Shown here one piece after another: positions 1-11,061 of a DNA stretch of 64,000 nt (its first letter is position 1; each line of letters begins with the position of its first letter). Below the pieces are notes generated by a model. It was not told the origin of the DNA, did no database searches, and saw nothing but the letters and a program-made list of their open reading frames with translations. The DNA is from an uncultured Chloroflexia bacterium (GTDB taxonomy: Bacteria > Chloroflexota > Limnocylindria > QHBO01): NCBI GenBank assembly GCA_963753125.1, contig CAVWAU010000002.1, positions 7,199-71,198 of the forward strand. The letters run 5' to 3'. Both the position numbers and the translations under genes were made by a program.

Positions 1-847
1 CGCGCAGCTGCTGCTCGCGGCGGCCACGGTAGTTCTCGACGTCGATGGCGATGCGATGGTGCTGTCCCTCGCGGCGGCCGACGATCAGGTTGACGATGTG
101 CTGCAGGCTGGCCAGCTTCTCTCCTCGGCGGCCGATCAGCGCGCCGAGGTCATCGCCCTTCACGTTGAGGCGGGACGTGTCGCCGCCGCTGGCGATCTCG
201 ACCGTGCCGCTCAGCTCCATCAGTCCGAGCATCTCGGTGAGGACCGTCTTGGCGGTCTCCAGGGTCGAGCGCTCCGCCTCGGTCAGCTCCTCCACGGGCT
301 TGCCCGAGACGAACGGGGCCGGCTCCCGGCCGGGCCGGTCGGCGCGCGGCTCGCGGGGCGGCCGGTCCGGGCGTGGCTCGCGGACGGCGTGCTCGCGGTC
401 TCGCTCGCGGCCGTTGCGGCCGCCGCCACGCCCGCGGCTGCCGCGCGTCCGGCGAGCGGCGTCGGCGCGCTCGAGCTCGGCGACCTGCTCCTCGGCGGTG
501 GCGGCAGCCGCCTCGAGGTCGACGGGCGCGGATTCCTCCGCCGGGGTCCTGTGGCTCCGGAGCGGCCTGGGCCTCCGGCTCGTGCGAGGGCGCCTCCTGC
601 GCCTCGGCGCGGCGCCGCCTCGGCTCGTGCGCGGTCGGCAGCGTCTCGACGCGGACCGACTCGGCCGCGGCGACGGCCGACTTCGGGGCGGCCAGGATGC
701 GCGCCTCCTCGGCGCCCACGCCGAGCACGCCCCGGCTTCCCTGCGCCAGGATCTCGATGTCGAGCTCGCTCAGGTCCGCGCTGAACTCGCCATGGCGCTG
801 CGGATCGCTTCTTCAACGTTCTTGCCGGTGAACTCTCGAAAAGTCAT
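1..847 (-). CDS. jag: RNA-binding protein Jag/KhpB (EloR); 3' end beyond window start; frameshifted
   Basis: MTFREFTGKNVEEAI...ELDIEILAQGSRGVLGVGAEEARI (Jag_N) and KH motif LIGRRGEKLASLQHIVN read across frames; ATG overlaps the yidC stop (ATGA); canonical position after yidC. Confidence 0.9.
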
Positions 848-1993
848 CGTCTACGACCTCGTCGCTTGGCGCTCCCCTTCGGTCGGCTTCCGGGCCGCGG
901 ATTGCCGCGAGCCGGGTTCGGCGAGGGTGCGCGTGTGGTGGCGGGAGGGGCCTCTTCGGTCGACGCGGCGTCGGTATCGGTCCGCTTCGGGCGCGACGCA
1001 GGCGTGATGCCGGCCTCCGGCGAGGGCGCCCAGCCGGGCTGCCAGCCGAAGAGCGGGAAGAGGTTGCCCCATCCCATGATCAGGTACTGCTGGACCACGA
1101 GGTACGCGGTGTACACGATCCAGTACAGGATCAGGCCGCTCGGGAAGATACCGCCCCAGATGATGGTGAGCAGCGGGAAGGTGTAGGTCATCGTGCTCGT
1201 CATCGATGAGGTCGGGTCGTCCGCGTTTGGCCGCGGGCTCGTCATCTTGACCTGCACGAACTGCAGGACGGCGGCGATGATGGCCAGCGAACGAGAGCGC
1301 GAACCCGATCCGGGAAGCGTGATCGCGAAGACATGGTCGACCTGCGCAAGGTCGAGGCCGACCGAGCCACGCGACGGTGGTGTCGACGTGGCGCGGTGAG
1401 CTTGATCGGGTCGATGAGCTGGCAGTTCAGCGGAAGGAACTGCGGCAGCTGAGCGTACTCCGGAAGGTTGCAGGGTCCCTCGAACGCGACCTGGTACGTG
1501 TTCAACTGGCCCGCGACGGCGTCGATGACGCCCGGCCTGCTGCAGCGAGTCGAAGGCCGCCTGCTGGTCCTGTCGGGACGGTGAAGCCCTGGATGACGCC
1601 GGACGCCCGGATGAGCGCCTGGTAGAGGGCGAACAGGATCGGCAGCTGGAGGATGACCGGAAGGCAGCCCCCGAACTGGTTGACGCCGTGCTCCTTGTAG
1701 AGCGCCATCGTCTCTTCCGCGATCTTCTGGCGGTTGCCCTTGTGCTTGCGCTGCAGCTCGCGAACGAGCGGCTGCATCCGCTGCATCTCCTTCTGCGAGC
1801 GGATCTGGCGCACGAAGAGCGGCGCGAGGATGGTGCGGATGACGATCGTGAACACGATGATCGCCAGCGCGAAATCGACGAACGGAAGCTCGTACAGGAA
1901 GATCAGCAGGTTGAAGAGCGGCAGGAAGAAGATGTCCCAGGGCGGCGTGAAGTGCTCGATCCCCAGGAATCCCGCGCCGATGATCGGGGTCAA
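844..1993 (-). CDS. yidC: Membrane protein insertase YidC/Oxa1 (frameshifted)
   Basis: AIIVFTIVIRTILAPL...MQRMQP...GGCLPVILQLPILFALY; C-terminal FPSGLILYW...QQYLI. Confidence 0.93.
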
Positions 1994-2008
1994 ATCGCTC
2001 TCTCTCGT

Positions 2009-2215
2009 CTAGCTGACCGGGTCATAGCCACCTGGGTGGAAGGGGTTGCATCGCCCGATGCGCTTGGCGCCCATCCAGCTACCGCGCAGCAGCCCGTAGC
2101 GGTCGATGGCCTGGTAGGTGTAGTGCGAGCAGGTCGGCGAATAGCGACAGCTCGGCGGCATCCACCCGCTCAGCCGCTGGTAGGCGATGATCAGTCCGAG
2201 CCCGATTCTCTTCAT
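2009..2215 (-). CDS. yidD: Membrane protein insertion efficiency factor YidD
   Basis: [27 protein letters not shown]....[16 protein letters not shown]. Confidence 0.95.
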   Translation of the reverse strand: MKRIGLGLIIAYQRLSGWMPPSCRYSPTCSHYTYQAIDRYGLLRGSWMGAKRIGRCNPFHPGGYDPVS

Positions 2216-2548
2216 GTCCCGATGTCCGATCGCGCCAGCAGCGCGTCGATTGCCTCTCCCAGGTCTGCCTGGCTCGGCGTCGCCTGCGGCCGGCCGGGCG
2301 ATCAGCAGGAGGTCCCACCCGGGACCGATCCGTCCGATCCGCTCGCGGAGCAGGCTTCGCAGTCGACGACGTACTCGATTTCGCTGAACGGCGCCGCCGA
2401 GCGTCCGGGGTGTCGACAGACCGATGCGCGTCTCGGCCCCGTCGGTCCTCATCCAGCGGAGGACCAGCGTCGGGGTCGAGCGCGCCGTTCCGTGACGGCC
2501 GATAGCCTCGAAGTCCGCGCGGCGCCGAAGCATCGGCAGCACTGGCAC
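2212..2548 (-). CDS. rnpA: Ribonuclease P protein component (frameshift near 3' end; start approximate)
   Basis: [10 protein letters not shown]...RIGLS...[17 protein letters not shown] motif; lies between rpmH and yidD. Confidence 0.9.
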
Positions 2549-2571
2549 GGTCCGGTCCGGCTGATCGGCGG

Positions 2572-2709
2572 TCAGACGGTCAGTCGCTTGCGCCCCTTGG
2601 CTCGACGACGAGCGAGCACGCGGCGTCCGCCCTTCGTAGCCATCCGGGCCATGAAGCCATGCTCGCGCTTGCGTGCACGCTTCTTGGGCTGATACGTCCT
2701 CTTCGACAT
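2572..2709 (-). CDS. rpmH: 50S ribosomal protein L34 (45 aa; absent from the ORF track)
   Basis: Manual translation [45 protein letters not shown]. Confidence 0.97.
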   Translation of the reverse strand: MSKRTYQPKKRARKREHGFMARMATKGGRRVLARRRAKGRKRLTV

Positions 2710-2826
2710 GGGTGCGTGCCGTTTCCTCGTTCAACGTTCACGGTTGCGGGCCAGCAAACACACGAACGGCTGGCGTCCCGCCAGCCTGCGCACGAAGGGG
2801 GTTGGCCCGTCTCGTTCTGGTTCGCG

Positions 2827-2856
2827 ATTCTACCGGCGGGCCGGGTGGACGGTCAA
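2827..2856 (-). promoter_or_regulatory. Putative sigma70-type promoter of the rpmH operon
   Basis: TTGACC-N18-TAGAAT on the minus strand. Confidence 0.55.
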
Positions 2857-2881
2857 ACAAGGCGACAATGGTCCTGATCCA

Positions 2882-2911
2882 TTGCCCCGCCGATTCGGCC
2901 GCTGCTATAGT
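2882..2911 (+). promoter_or_regulatory. Putative dnaA promoter
   Basis: TTGCCC-N18-TATAGT with extended TGn. Confidence 0.5.
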
Positions 2912-3023
2912 GGCGCGACCCCCGGCCCGGACCGCCCGCATGTCAATGTCCGATCTCGGCCCGGAGGCGGACTCATCAGCCCACGCGGCGACCCCGCAGA
3001 TTGGTTCGGAGCACGTCAGTTTG

Positions 3024-4368
3024 ATGGATGCGAAGCAGGTGTGGCGCGCCGCCCTCGGTGAGCTGCAGGTCTCTCTCTCCCCGGCCAACTTCGAGACCTG
3101 GCTGAAGGACACCGAGCTCGTCGAGATCGACGACAACCGCTATCGGATCTCCGCTCCGAACGGCTTCGCCCGAGACTGGCTGGATAATCGCTACCGGCCG
3201 CTCGATCAGCCAGACCCTCGCCCGAGTCGTTGGCGGTTCGGTCCAGCTCGAGTTCATCGTGGCCGATGCGTCGGGTCCGCTCCCCACGCAGGTCGACGAG
3301 GAGGCCCGAGTCCAGATGCCGCCGCTCAGCGCGGGCGGCAACGCACTCAACCTGAACAGCCGCTACACGTTCAACAACTTCATCGTCGGAAGCGCCAACC
3401 GCCTGGCACATGCGGCCGCCCTGAGCGTCGCCGAGCGGCCCGGGCACGCGTACAACCCGCTCTTCCTGTACGGCGGCGTCGGCCTCGGCAAGACCCACCT
3501 GATGCACGCCATCGGCAACGCGGTCTCCGGCAAGTTCCCGCGCAAGCGGATCCTCTACGCGACGAGCGAGAAGTTCACGAACGACTTCATCAACTCGATC
3601 CGCGAGCAGAAGATGGAGGACTTCCGCAACCGGTATCGGCGCATCGACGTGCTGCTGATCGACGACATCCAGTTCATCGCCGAGCGCGAGCGGACGCAGG
3701 AGGAGTTCTTCCACACCTTCAACGCCATCCACGAGGCCGGCAAGCAGGTCGTCCTGTCCAGCGACCGGCCGCCGAAGGCGATCACCACCCTGGAGGAGCG
3801 CCTCCGCAGCCGGTTCGAGTGGGGCCTGATCGCCGACCTGACCCCACCCGACCTCGAGACCCGGATCGCGATCCTGCGCTCGAAGGCGGAGGACCAGCTG
3901 CACCTGATCCCGTCCGAGGTGATCGACTTCATCGCGCGCAAGGTGGTGAGCAACGTCCGCGAGCTCGAGGGCGCCCTGAACCGCGTGGTCGCCTACGCGA
4001 GCATGAGCGGCATGCCGGTCAACATCGAGCTCGCCAGCGCGGTGCTCAGCAACGTCATGTACAACCCGCGCAAGCGGTCGATCACCCCGCAGCGCATCGT
4101 TCGCGCGGTGGCCGACTACTACGGCGTCAACCTCGACCAGCTTCGCAGCAGCAAGCGCGATCGGGCCATCGTCGTGCCTCGCCAGATCGCGATGTTCCTG
4201 ATCCGCGAGGAGACCGATATCAGCCTCCTGCGCATCGGCGCCGAGCTGGGCGGGCGTGACCACTCGACGGTCCTGCACGCCTACGACAAGATCGCCCGCG
4301 AGCTCCAGGAGAATGACGAGATGCGGCGCGAGATCAGCGCCGTGCGGGAGATGATCTACTCCGAGTGA
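3024..4368 (+). CDS. dnaA: Chromosomal replication initiator DnaA (frameshift near 3200)
   Basis: [27 protein letters not shown]; [17 protein letters not shown] Walker A; LLIDDIQF; [11 protein letters not shown] domain IV. Confidence 0.98.
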
Positions 4369-4760
4369 GGATCCGGTGCACGGCGTTATGGGCGATTTCC
4401 GGCGCGCGCGAGCACCGAAATTGCTCCCGTTCGTGGATAACTGGCCCAATCTGGTGGATATCTCGGGGTCGATGTGGACAAACGGCACCCTCGTTACGAC
4501 CGCCGGGTACCCTGCATCCACAGCATGTGCAGGGTCATCCGCCGGTCGTGCGCGGTCGGCGTCGGGATATCGACCGGCCGCGCCGCATTTATCCGCACCG
4601 GACGTCACGCTCACCGGAGAGGGCCGAACGGGCCGTTCTCCACACCATCCACACGCCTACGGGAGACGGCGACGGATAGGTATTCTTCTCTTGAACCGAT
4701 AGAGCGAACACAAGCAACCGTGGATATCAGCGGATCCTCGGTCCCACAGATGAGGTCGGA
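4369..4760. other. Probable oriC (dnaA-dnaN intergenic region)
   Basis: DnaA-box-like 9-mers: CGTGGATAA 4432, GGTGGATAT 4453, TGTGGACAA 4473, GCATCCACA 4514, TTATCCGCA 4589, TTCTCCACA 4636, CCATCCACA 4645, CGTGGATAT 4719; short AT-richer patch at about 4676-4700. Confidence 0.8.
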
Positions 4761-5892
4761 ATGAACATCTCGGTGATGCAGGAGAACCTGGCGCGGGGCC
4801 TCGGTACGGTGAGCCGCGCCGTGAGCAGTCGCGCGACGCTTCCTGTCCTGGCCAACGTGCTGCTCAAGACCGAGAACTCCGGGCTCAAGCTCACCGCCAC
4901 CAACCTCGAGATCGGCATCAACTGCTGGGTTCCCGGCAAGGTGACCGAGGAGGGCGAGATCACCGTCCCCGCCAAGCTCCTCACCGATCTCGTTGCCTCG
5001 CTGCCGAACCAGCGGATCGACCTCGTGCTGTCGCCGAAGGATCGAACCCTGAAGCTCACCTGCGGGAACAACCGCTCCAGCATCAAGGGCATCGAGGCCG
5101 ACGAGTTCCCGGTCGTGGCGGCCATCGGCGACACGCCGGCGACCAGCGTCGACGCGCGGGTGCTGCGCGAGGCGCTCGGCGAGGTCGTGTTCGCCGCCGC
5201 ATCCGACGAGAGCCGCCCGATCCTGACCGGCGTGCTCACCAAGCTGATCGGCGACAGGATGACCCTGGCCGCCGCGGACAACTACCGGATCGCGGTGCGC
5301 ACGCTCACCCTCGACAAGCCGGTGACCCCGGAGATCACGATCGTGGTGCCGGGCCGCTCGTACGCGGAGCTGATGCGGATCCTGCCCGACACCGAGACGC
5401 CGATCGAGATCACGATCACGCCGAACAAGAGCCAGGTGCTCTTCCACGTGGAGGGCATCGACCTCGTCAGCCGGCTGATCGAGGGCCAGTTCCCGAACTA
5501 CGAGCCGGTCATCCCGGCCTCGCACAGCTCACGAGCCGTGATCGACCGCGAGGCCTTCCTGGCGGGCACGCGGCGAGCGAGCATCTTCGCTCGAGACAGC
5601 GCCAACATCGTCAAGATCGAGATCGGCGGCGACGATGCCAACGGCTCGGGGGTCGCCATCACCGCTCACGCGGCCGACGTCGGCGACAACGCCGATACGG
5701 TCGACGCGGCCATCGAGGGCTCTCCGACGGCCATCGCCTTCAACGCGCGCTACCTCATCGACGTGCTCAGCAACCTGGGCGCCGACGAGGCCGCGCTCGA
5801 GCTCTCCGGGCCCGCTCGCCCCGGGCGTCATCCGGGGCATCGGCAAGGACGACTACGTTCACGTCATCATGCCGGTCCGGACCGCCTCGTAG
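4761..5892 (+). CDS. dnaN: DNA polymerase III beta clamp (frameshift near 5815)
   Basis: LKLTATNLEIGI; ESRPILTGV; SRLIEGQFPNYE; IAFNARYL; C-terminal YVHVIMPVR. Confidence 0.97.
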
Positions 5893-5939
5893 GCCGTTCG
5901 ATGGCCCTGCGCGCCGCGCCGCGCGCCGCCGCCGCCACC

Positions 5940-7111
5940 ATGGAGCTGACGCGGCTGGCACTCGAGGACTTTCGGAGCTACGCCGTCGCGGAGCTCACGC
6001 CGGATCCGGGCCTGACCGTGGTCGCCGGCCCGAACGGCACAGGGCAAGACGAACCTGCTCGAGGCCATCCACGCCACGATCGTCGGGCGCTCGCACCGCG
6101 CGGTCGTCGACGCGGAGCTGGTGCGCCACGGCGCGCCGTTCGCCCGCGTGCGCCTGGAGCTGGGCGGAGGGACCGCTGCCGGTGGCTCGACCATCGAGCT
6201 CGTGGTGCCGGGAGCCGAGCCGACGCCGGGCATCCGCAAGCGACTCACGGTCAATGGCGTGCCGCGCCGGGGCACGACCCTGTCGGAGGTGGCGCGCGTG
6301 GTGCTCTTCCGTCCGGAGGAGATGCTGCTGCTCGTCGGCTCGCCGTCGGAGCGACGCAGGTTCCTGGACGGCATCGTCGCGCAGCGAGACCGGCGTGCCG
6401 CGCGGGATCTCGTCGACGTCGCTCGCGTCGTCACCCAGCGCAACGCACTGTTGCGGGCCATCCGCGCCGAAGAGGCATCGATCGACACGCTCGACTTCTG
6501 GGACGACCAGCTCGCCCAGCTCGGCGCGCGGATCATGCGGGCGCGCCTCGAGGCACTGGGCGAGCTGGTCGAGCGCATCGGTCCGCTCCACGACGCGGTC
6601 GCATCCGAGGCCGAGGGCGCGAGCTCGGTCGGCCTGACCTATCTCGACGGGCTCAAGGACGGCATGGCCGGAGCGCTCGGATCCGCGAAGCCGGATGCCG
6701 AGCGCCGATGAGCTCACGGCCGCGTACCGGCGCCGGATTGCCGACGTCCGCCAGAAGGAGGCGTGGAACGGCGTCAGCCTGGTCGGACCGCAGCGCGACG
6801 ACCTGCGCGCCGAGCTTGGCGGGCGTGACGTGGCGAGCCACGCCAGCCGTGGCCAGCAGCGGACGATCATCCTGGCCATGAAGCTCGCCGAGACCGACCT
6901 TCTCGGAGCGGACGGCCCGCGGCCGATCGTGCTCCTGGACGACGTCTTCAGCGAGCTCGACCCCGAGCGAGCCGATCGCCTGTCGGATCTCCTCGCCAGG
7001 CGGGGCCAGGTGATCGTGACGACCGCCGATCCCGCGACGCTGGAGGGCGCGCGACGCCGCGAGGCGTCCGTCTGGCGCATCGACCTCGGCCGGGTGGTGC
7101 GGGAGACATGA
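5940..7111 (+). CDS. recF: DNA replication/repair protein RecF (frameshifted)
   Basis: DFRSY; GPNG.GKTNLLEAI; GSPSERRRFLD; GPQRDDL; ASRGQQRT; LLDDVFSELD. Confidence 0.95.
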
Positions 7112-7458
7112 GCGGGCGCGAAGAGGCCGGCGCGGCCGTCCAGCGAGCCCTGGCGGCGTGCATGGGCCCGGGCGCCGCCGAGCAGCTCGCGCTGGCGCAG
7201 GTTCGTCTCGCATGGGCCGAAGTGGTGACCGAGGCCCGCCTCGAGCGCGGCCCGCTCACGAGCCGGGTGCGGCGAGTGACCGGGGGGACGGCACATGTCG
7301 AGGCCTCGGACCCGATGCTCGCGCAGGAGCTGAACCTGCGCGGCGACGCGCTGACATGGGCCGTCAACGAGCGGATGCGCGGCCGGCCGGGGGCGACCAT
7401 TGTGCTGATCGGAATGGCCGTATCGGTTGGTCGGGCGGGAGGGGACCGGTCCTTATAA
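7108..7458 (+). CDS. DUF721/DciA-family protein
   Basis: Small protein directly after recF; W.EVV...V.A..P..AQEL.L pattern. Confidence 0.65.
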   Translation: MSGREEAGAAVQRALAACMGPGAAEQLALAQVRLAWAEVVTEARLERGPLTSRVRRVTGGTAHVEASDPMLAQELNLRGDALTWAVNERMRGRPGATIVLIGMAVSVGRAGGDRSL

Positions 7459-7494
7459 TCGGCCCAGCATCCACCCACCAGCACCCGGGCCGCC

Positions 7495-9721
7495 ATGAGC
7501 AACCGCTTCGCAACCAGGATCGGACTGCCGTCCGCCGAGGAGCGGCCGCCGGACGCATTTGACCTCGTTGCCTTCCACGAGCCTGCCGTGGGTGCGTCCG
7601 CCCGTACGAAGGGGAGCCTCTACCTGCTCGCCCAGCTCACGGGTGGGAGCGCGTCGTTGGCCAAGGCGACGCGCGTCGCCCTCGACGCCATCCAGCGTGA
7701 CTACTACTACGATCTCTCGGCCGGCGTCCTGGTGTCGCTGGGCCGTGCGCTCGACCGGCGCCAACCGACGTCTCTACCACGGCCGCAAGCGGCTCGGGAT
7801 CCCGCGCCGCTCCGGCGTCAGCATCGTCGCGGTCGTCATCCGGGCCCGGGAGGCGCACGTCGCCAAGCTCGGTCCGGCGAGCGCCGTCATCGTGCGCGAC
7901 GGCCGAATGTACGAGGTCCCACCCCCACCGGCCGTGACCGAGGAGGACCCACGGATCCGCCGGCGACGAGTGGCGGCGACCCTCGGCGAGGCCCTCGAGG
8001 TTGAGCCGTACACGTGGCAGGGTGCCCTGGCGACCGACGACCGCATCGCATTGATCAGCCGGCACTTCGCGCACACCGTCGGCGTCGACGAGCTCAAGGC
8101 GGCCCTGGCCACGATGCGGCCCGGCCAGGCGGTCGAGCACCTTCAACAGGTCTTCACCATCCGTGGAGGCACCGGATCCGACGGGATTCTGGCGGTGGAG
8201 GTGACCGACCTCGCCTCGACCGCCACGACCCACCATCTCGAGCCGGTGCGCCCGGCGGAGCCATTCGCCGGACTGCCCGACCAGAGCCCCGTCCCGCTGG
8301 CCGACGCCATCGGACGCGGGCTTCATCGCGCCGGAGACGCCGCCGAAGGCGCCAAGTCGGCGTTCGGTCGCGGCGTGCTCACCCTGATCACCTGGATCCT
8401 GGCCTTCGTGCCCCGACGGAGTCCGGAGTATCCCCGCAGCATCCCCCGCACGGCAGAGCGGGAGCAGGGCCGGCGCCGCCGCCTCGGGCTGGCCGGCATG
8501 GTCGTGGTGGCCGGCATGCTCGCCGTCGGTTCCACCGTGGCCGGGCTCCCCACCGCGCGCCCGACGGACGCCATCCCGCGCGCCAGCGTCGCCCGCGAGT
8601 CGATTGCCGAGGCGGTGGAGCTGGTGCGTGCCGTGGAGGATCGCGTCGACGGCGCGGACCTCGTGGACCGGGATCCGGAGCGCGCGGTCGAGCTGCTGGC
8701 CGACGCGCACGCGGCGGTGGCGCGAGCCTCGAGCGTTGGCGTCGCCGATGAGCAGCTCGCGCCGCTGCAGCGCCGGATCGATCGTCGGCTCGACGCGCTC
8801 TACCAGGTGGCGCGCATCGAGGCGCCCGCGACGGTGGTCGACCTGGCCGCCAGCTTCGACGACCTCGACCCGGCCGACATGGTTGCCGCCAGCGACGGGT
8901 CGCTGTGGATCCTGGATGCGGGCCGTGGCCGCATCATGCGCGCGGATCCGGCCGACGGCAGCGCGACGGTGGTCTCTCGCGCCGGCGAGGCGCTCGAGTC
9001 CGGGCAGACGCCGGGCGACCCATGGCTGATCACGACGGCCGCGACCGACGTGGTTGTCATCGACCGCCAGCGCACCGCGTGGCGCATCGACCTGACCGAG
9101 CGCGTCCCGCGCCAGATGCCGCTCGCGGGGGCCGCCGACCTCAGCTCGGACACGACCCTGATCGGTGCGCTCCAGCATCGGCCGCCGCTCGAGATCTTCA
9201 ACCTCTACGCGGTCGACGGCGCAACGGGAGAGATCCGGCGCTGGAGTCCGCCGGCGGTGATCCCGGTGACCTACCCCAACCCGGCCGAGCCGTTCCTGAC
9301 CGAGGCCCCTGACCTCGACCCGCGCGAGGCCCGTGACCTGCGGGTCGACGTGAACGCCTGGCTCCTCCACGCCGACACCGTGACCCGGGTCGACTTCGGA
9401 TCGCCGCGGGACCAGGCCGACTACTCGCTCGACCGTCCACCGGACGGTGACGTGCGCCCGGACCTCGACTACCGCCTCCTCGACGGCGCGACCGTCGGCG
9501 ACCGCGACTTCCTCTATGTCTACGACGCGGCCAACGATCGGATCATCTCCTTCCAGCGCGCCGACGGCGCCTTCGTTCGCCAGTGGATGGCGCCCGACCA
9601 GGGGACGGCGGCCGGCGCGCTGTCCGACGTGCGCGGCCTCACAGTCACCTCGGTCAGCGACGGTCCGCCGGTCGCGTTCCTCCTCACGGCCGACGGCGTC
9701 CTCCGGCTCGTCCTCGAGTAG
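7495..9721 (+). CDS. Membrane-anchored protein: PP2C-like N-terminal domain, TM helix, extracellular beta-propeller-like domain (frameshift near 7755)
   Basis: N-terminal GSLYLL..ALDAIQRDYY..SLGRAL..ANRRLY; TM LGLAGMVVVAGMLAVGSTV; NHL-like repeats SLWILDAGRGRI and FLYVYDAANDRI. Confidence 0.6.
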
Positions 9722-9740
9722 CCGGCGCTAGAATCGGTCC

Positions 9741-10295
9741 ATGGCGGAGCCTCCATTCGGCCGGGTCCGGCTGATCGAGATGGTGGTCGAGAGCGTGCGC
9801 GTGCACATGCTCTCGAGCCAGCACGTGGTGATCCTCAAGCAGTCCGAACGTGACCGCTACCTGCCGATCTGGATCGGCCCGTCGGAGGCCAACGCGATCG
9901 CCATGCGGCTCCAGGGCCTGTCCGCGGAGCGCCCGCTGACCCACGACCTCCTGGTCAGCGTGCTGACGGCGCTCGGTGCCAGCATCAGCCGCGTCGTGGT
10001 CACCCACGTCATCGACGGGACCTTCCACGCGCGCCTCTACCTGGAGAACTCGAGCGGCGACGAGAGCGAGGTGGACTCCCGCACGTCGGACGCGATCGCG
10101 GTGGCGGTGCGGACCGGATCACCGATCTACGTCGACGAGCGGGTCCTCGACGAGGCTGGCGTGGAGCCCGACGCGAGCGAGGAGGGCGAGGAAGGGGAGG
10201 ACGAGGAGCGGCTGGCCGTGTTCCGCGAGTTCGTCAACTCCCTCGACGTCGACCTCGAGTCCGGCGAGAAGGGGCCATCCACCGAGGAGAGCTAG
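9741..10295 (+). CDS. Bifunctional nuclease family (DUF151) protein
   Basis: RYLPIWIGPSEANAIA, RPLTHDLL, GTFHARL, VDSRTSDAIAVA. Confidence 0.92.
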   Translation: MAEPPFGRVRLIEMVVESVRVHMLSSQHVVILKQSERDRYLPIWIGPSEANAIAMRLQGLSAERPLTHDLLVSVLTALGASISRVVVTHVIDGTFHARLYLENSSGDESEVDSRTSDAIAVAVRTGSPIYVDERVLDEAGVEPDASEEGEEGEDEERLAVFREFVNSLDVDLESGEKGPSTEES

Positions 10296-11061
10296 CGCGA
10301 GCCGATCCGTCGGAGCGCACGGGCCCCAGCACTTCCCGGCGACGGGTCCACAGCGCCAACCTGAGCCGGCCGATGTCGCGGAACGTGCGCAGGATCTTGC
10401 GGAAGCTGGCTCCCGTGTTCGTGCCGGCGGCCCGCGGGTAGTGGTTGACTCCGACCTGGGCCATCCGAACGCCTCGCGCACTGAGCTTGATGAGCAGCTC
10501 GGCCGAGAGGAACGGCGAGTCGGTCTCGAGCGGCAGGCCGTCGAAGACCTCGCGCCGGAAGACCTTCATCGCGCAATCGATGTCGCGGACGCGCAGCCCG
10601 AAGAGCACCGAGACGATGGCGTTGTAGGTCTTGGCGATGAAGATCCGATGCGGTGGGTCGCGACGCTTGATGCGGTAGCCGATCACCGCGTCGACCGGCT
10701 TCTTCGACGGATCGGAGAGACGCTCGAGCAGGCGTGACATCTCGCGCAGGTCGAACTGCAGGTCGCCGTCGCTGAAGGAGATCAGCTCCCCCGACGCATT
10801 CGCGAACCCGGCCCGCAGGGCGCCGCCGTAGCCGCGGTTCTGCTGGTGGTGGACGCGCACGCGGGGGTCGGCCGCCGCCAGCGCATCGGCAAGCTCGGGC
10901 GTTCGGTCGGTCGACCCGTCGTCGACGGCCAGGACCTCGATCGAGCCGTCCACCAGCGGGCCGATCTCCTCGAGCGCGCGCCGCACCGTCTCGGCCAGGT
11001 TCTCCTCCTCGTTGTAGGCGGGAAAGAAGAAGGTCAGCCGTGGGCGGCCTTGGTCGGTCAT
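10292..11061 (-). CDS. GT2 glycosyltransferase, polyprenol-phosphate sugar synthase (DPM1/Ppm1-like); 3' end approximate
   Basis: FFPAYNEEE, VDDGSTD, NRGYGGAL, FSDGDLQ, RDIDCAMK. Confidence 0.85.

Noticed and set aside
4761-6881. Apparent DnaN-RecF fusion (706-aa ORF), and similar NuoL-NuoM, PdxT-GNAT, permease-GNAT and RnpA-YidD fusions
   Set aside because: Each arises from a frameshift that bypasses the true stop; the proper C-termini and stops are visible in adjacent frames.
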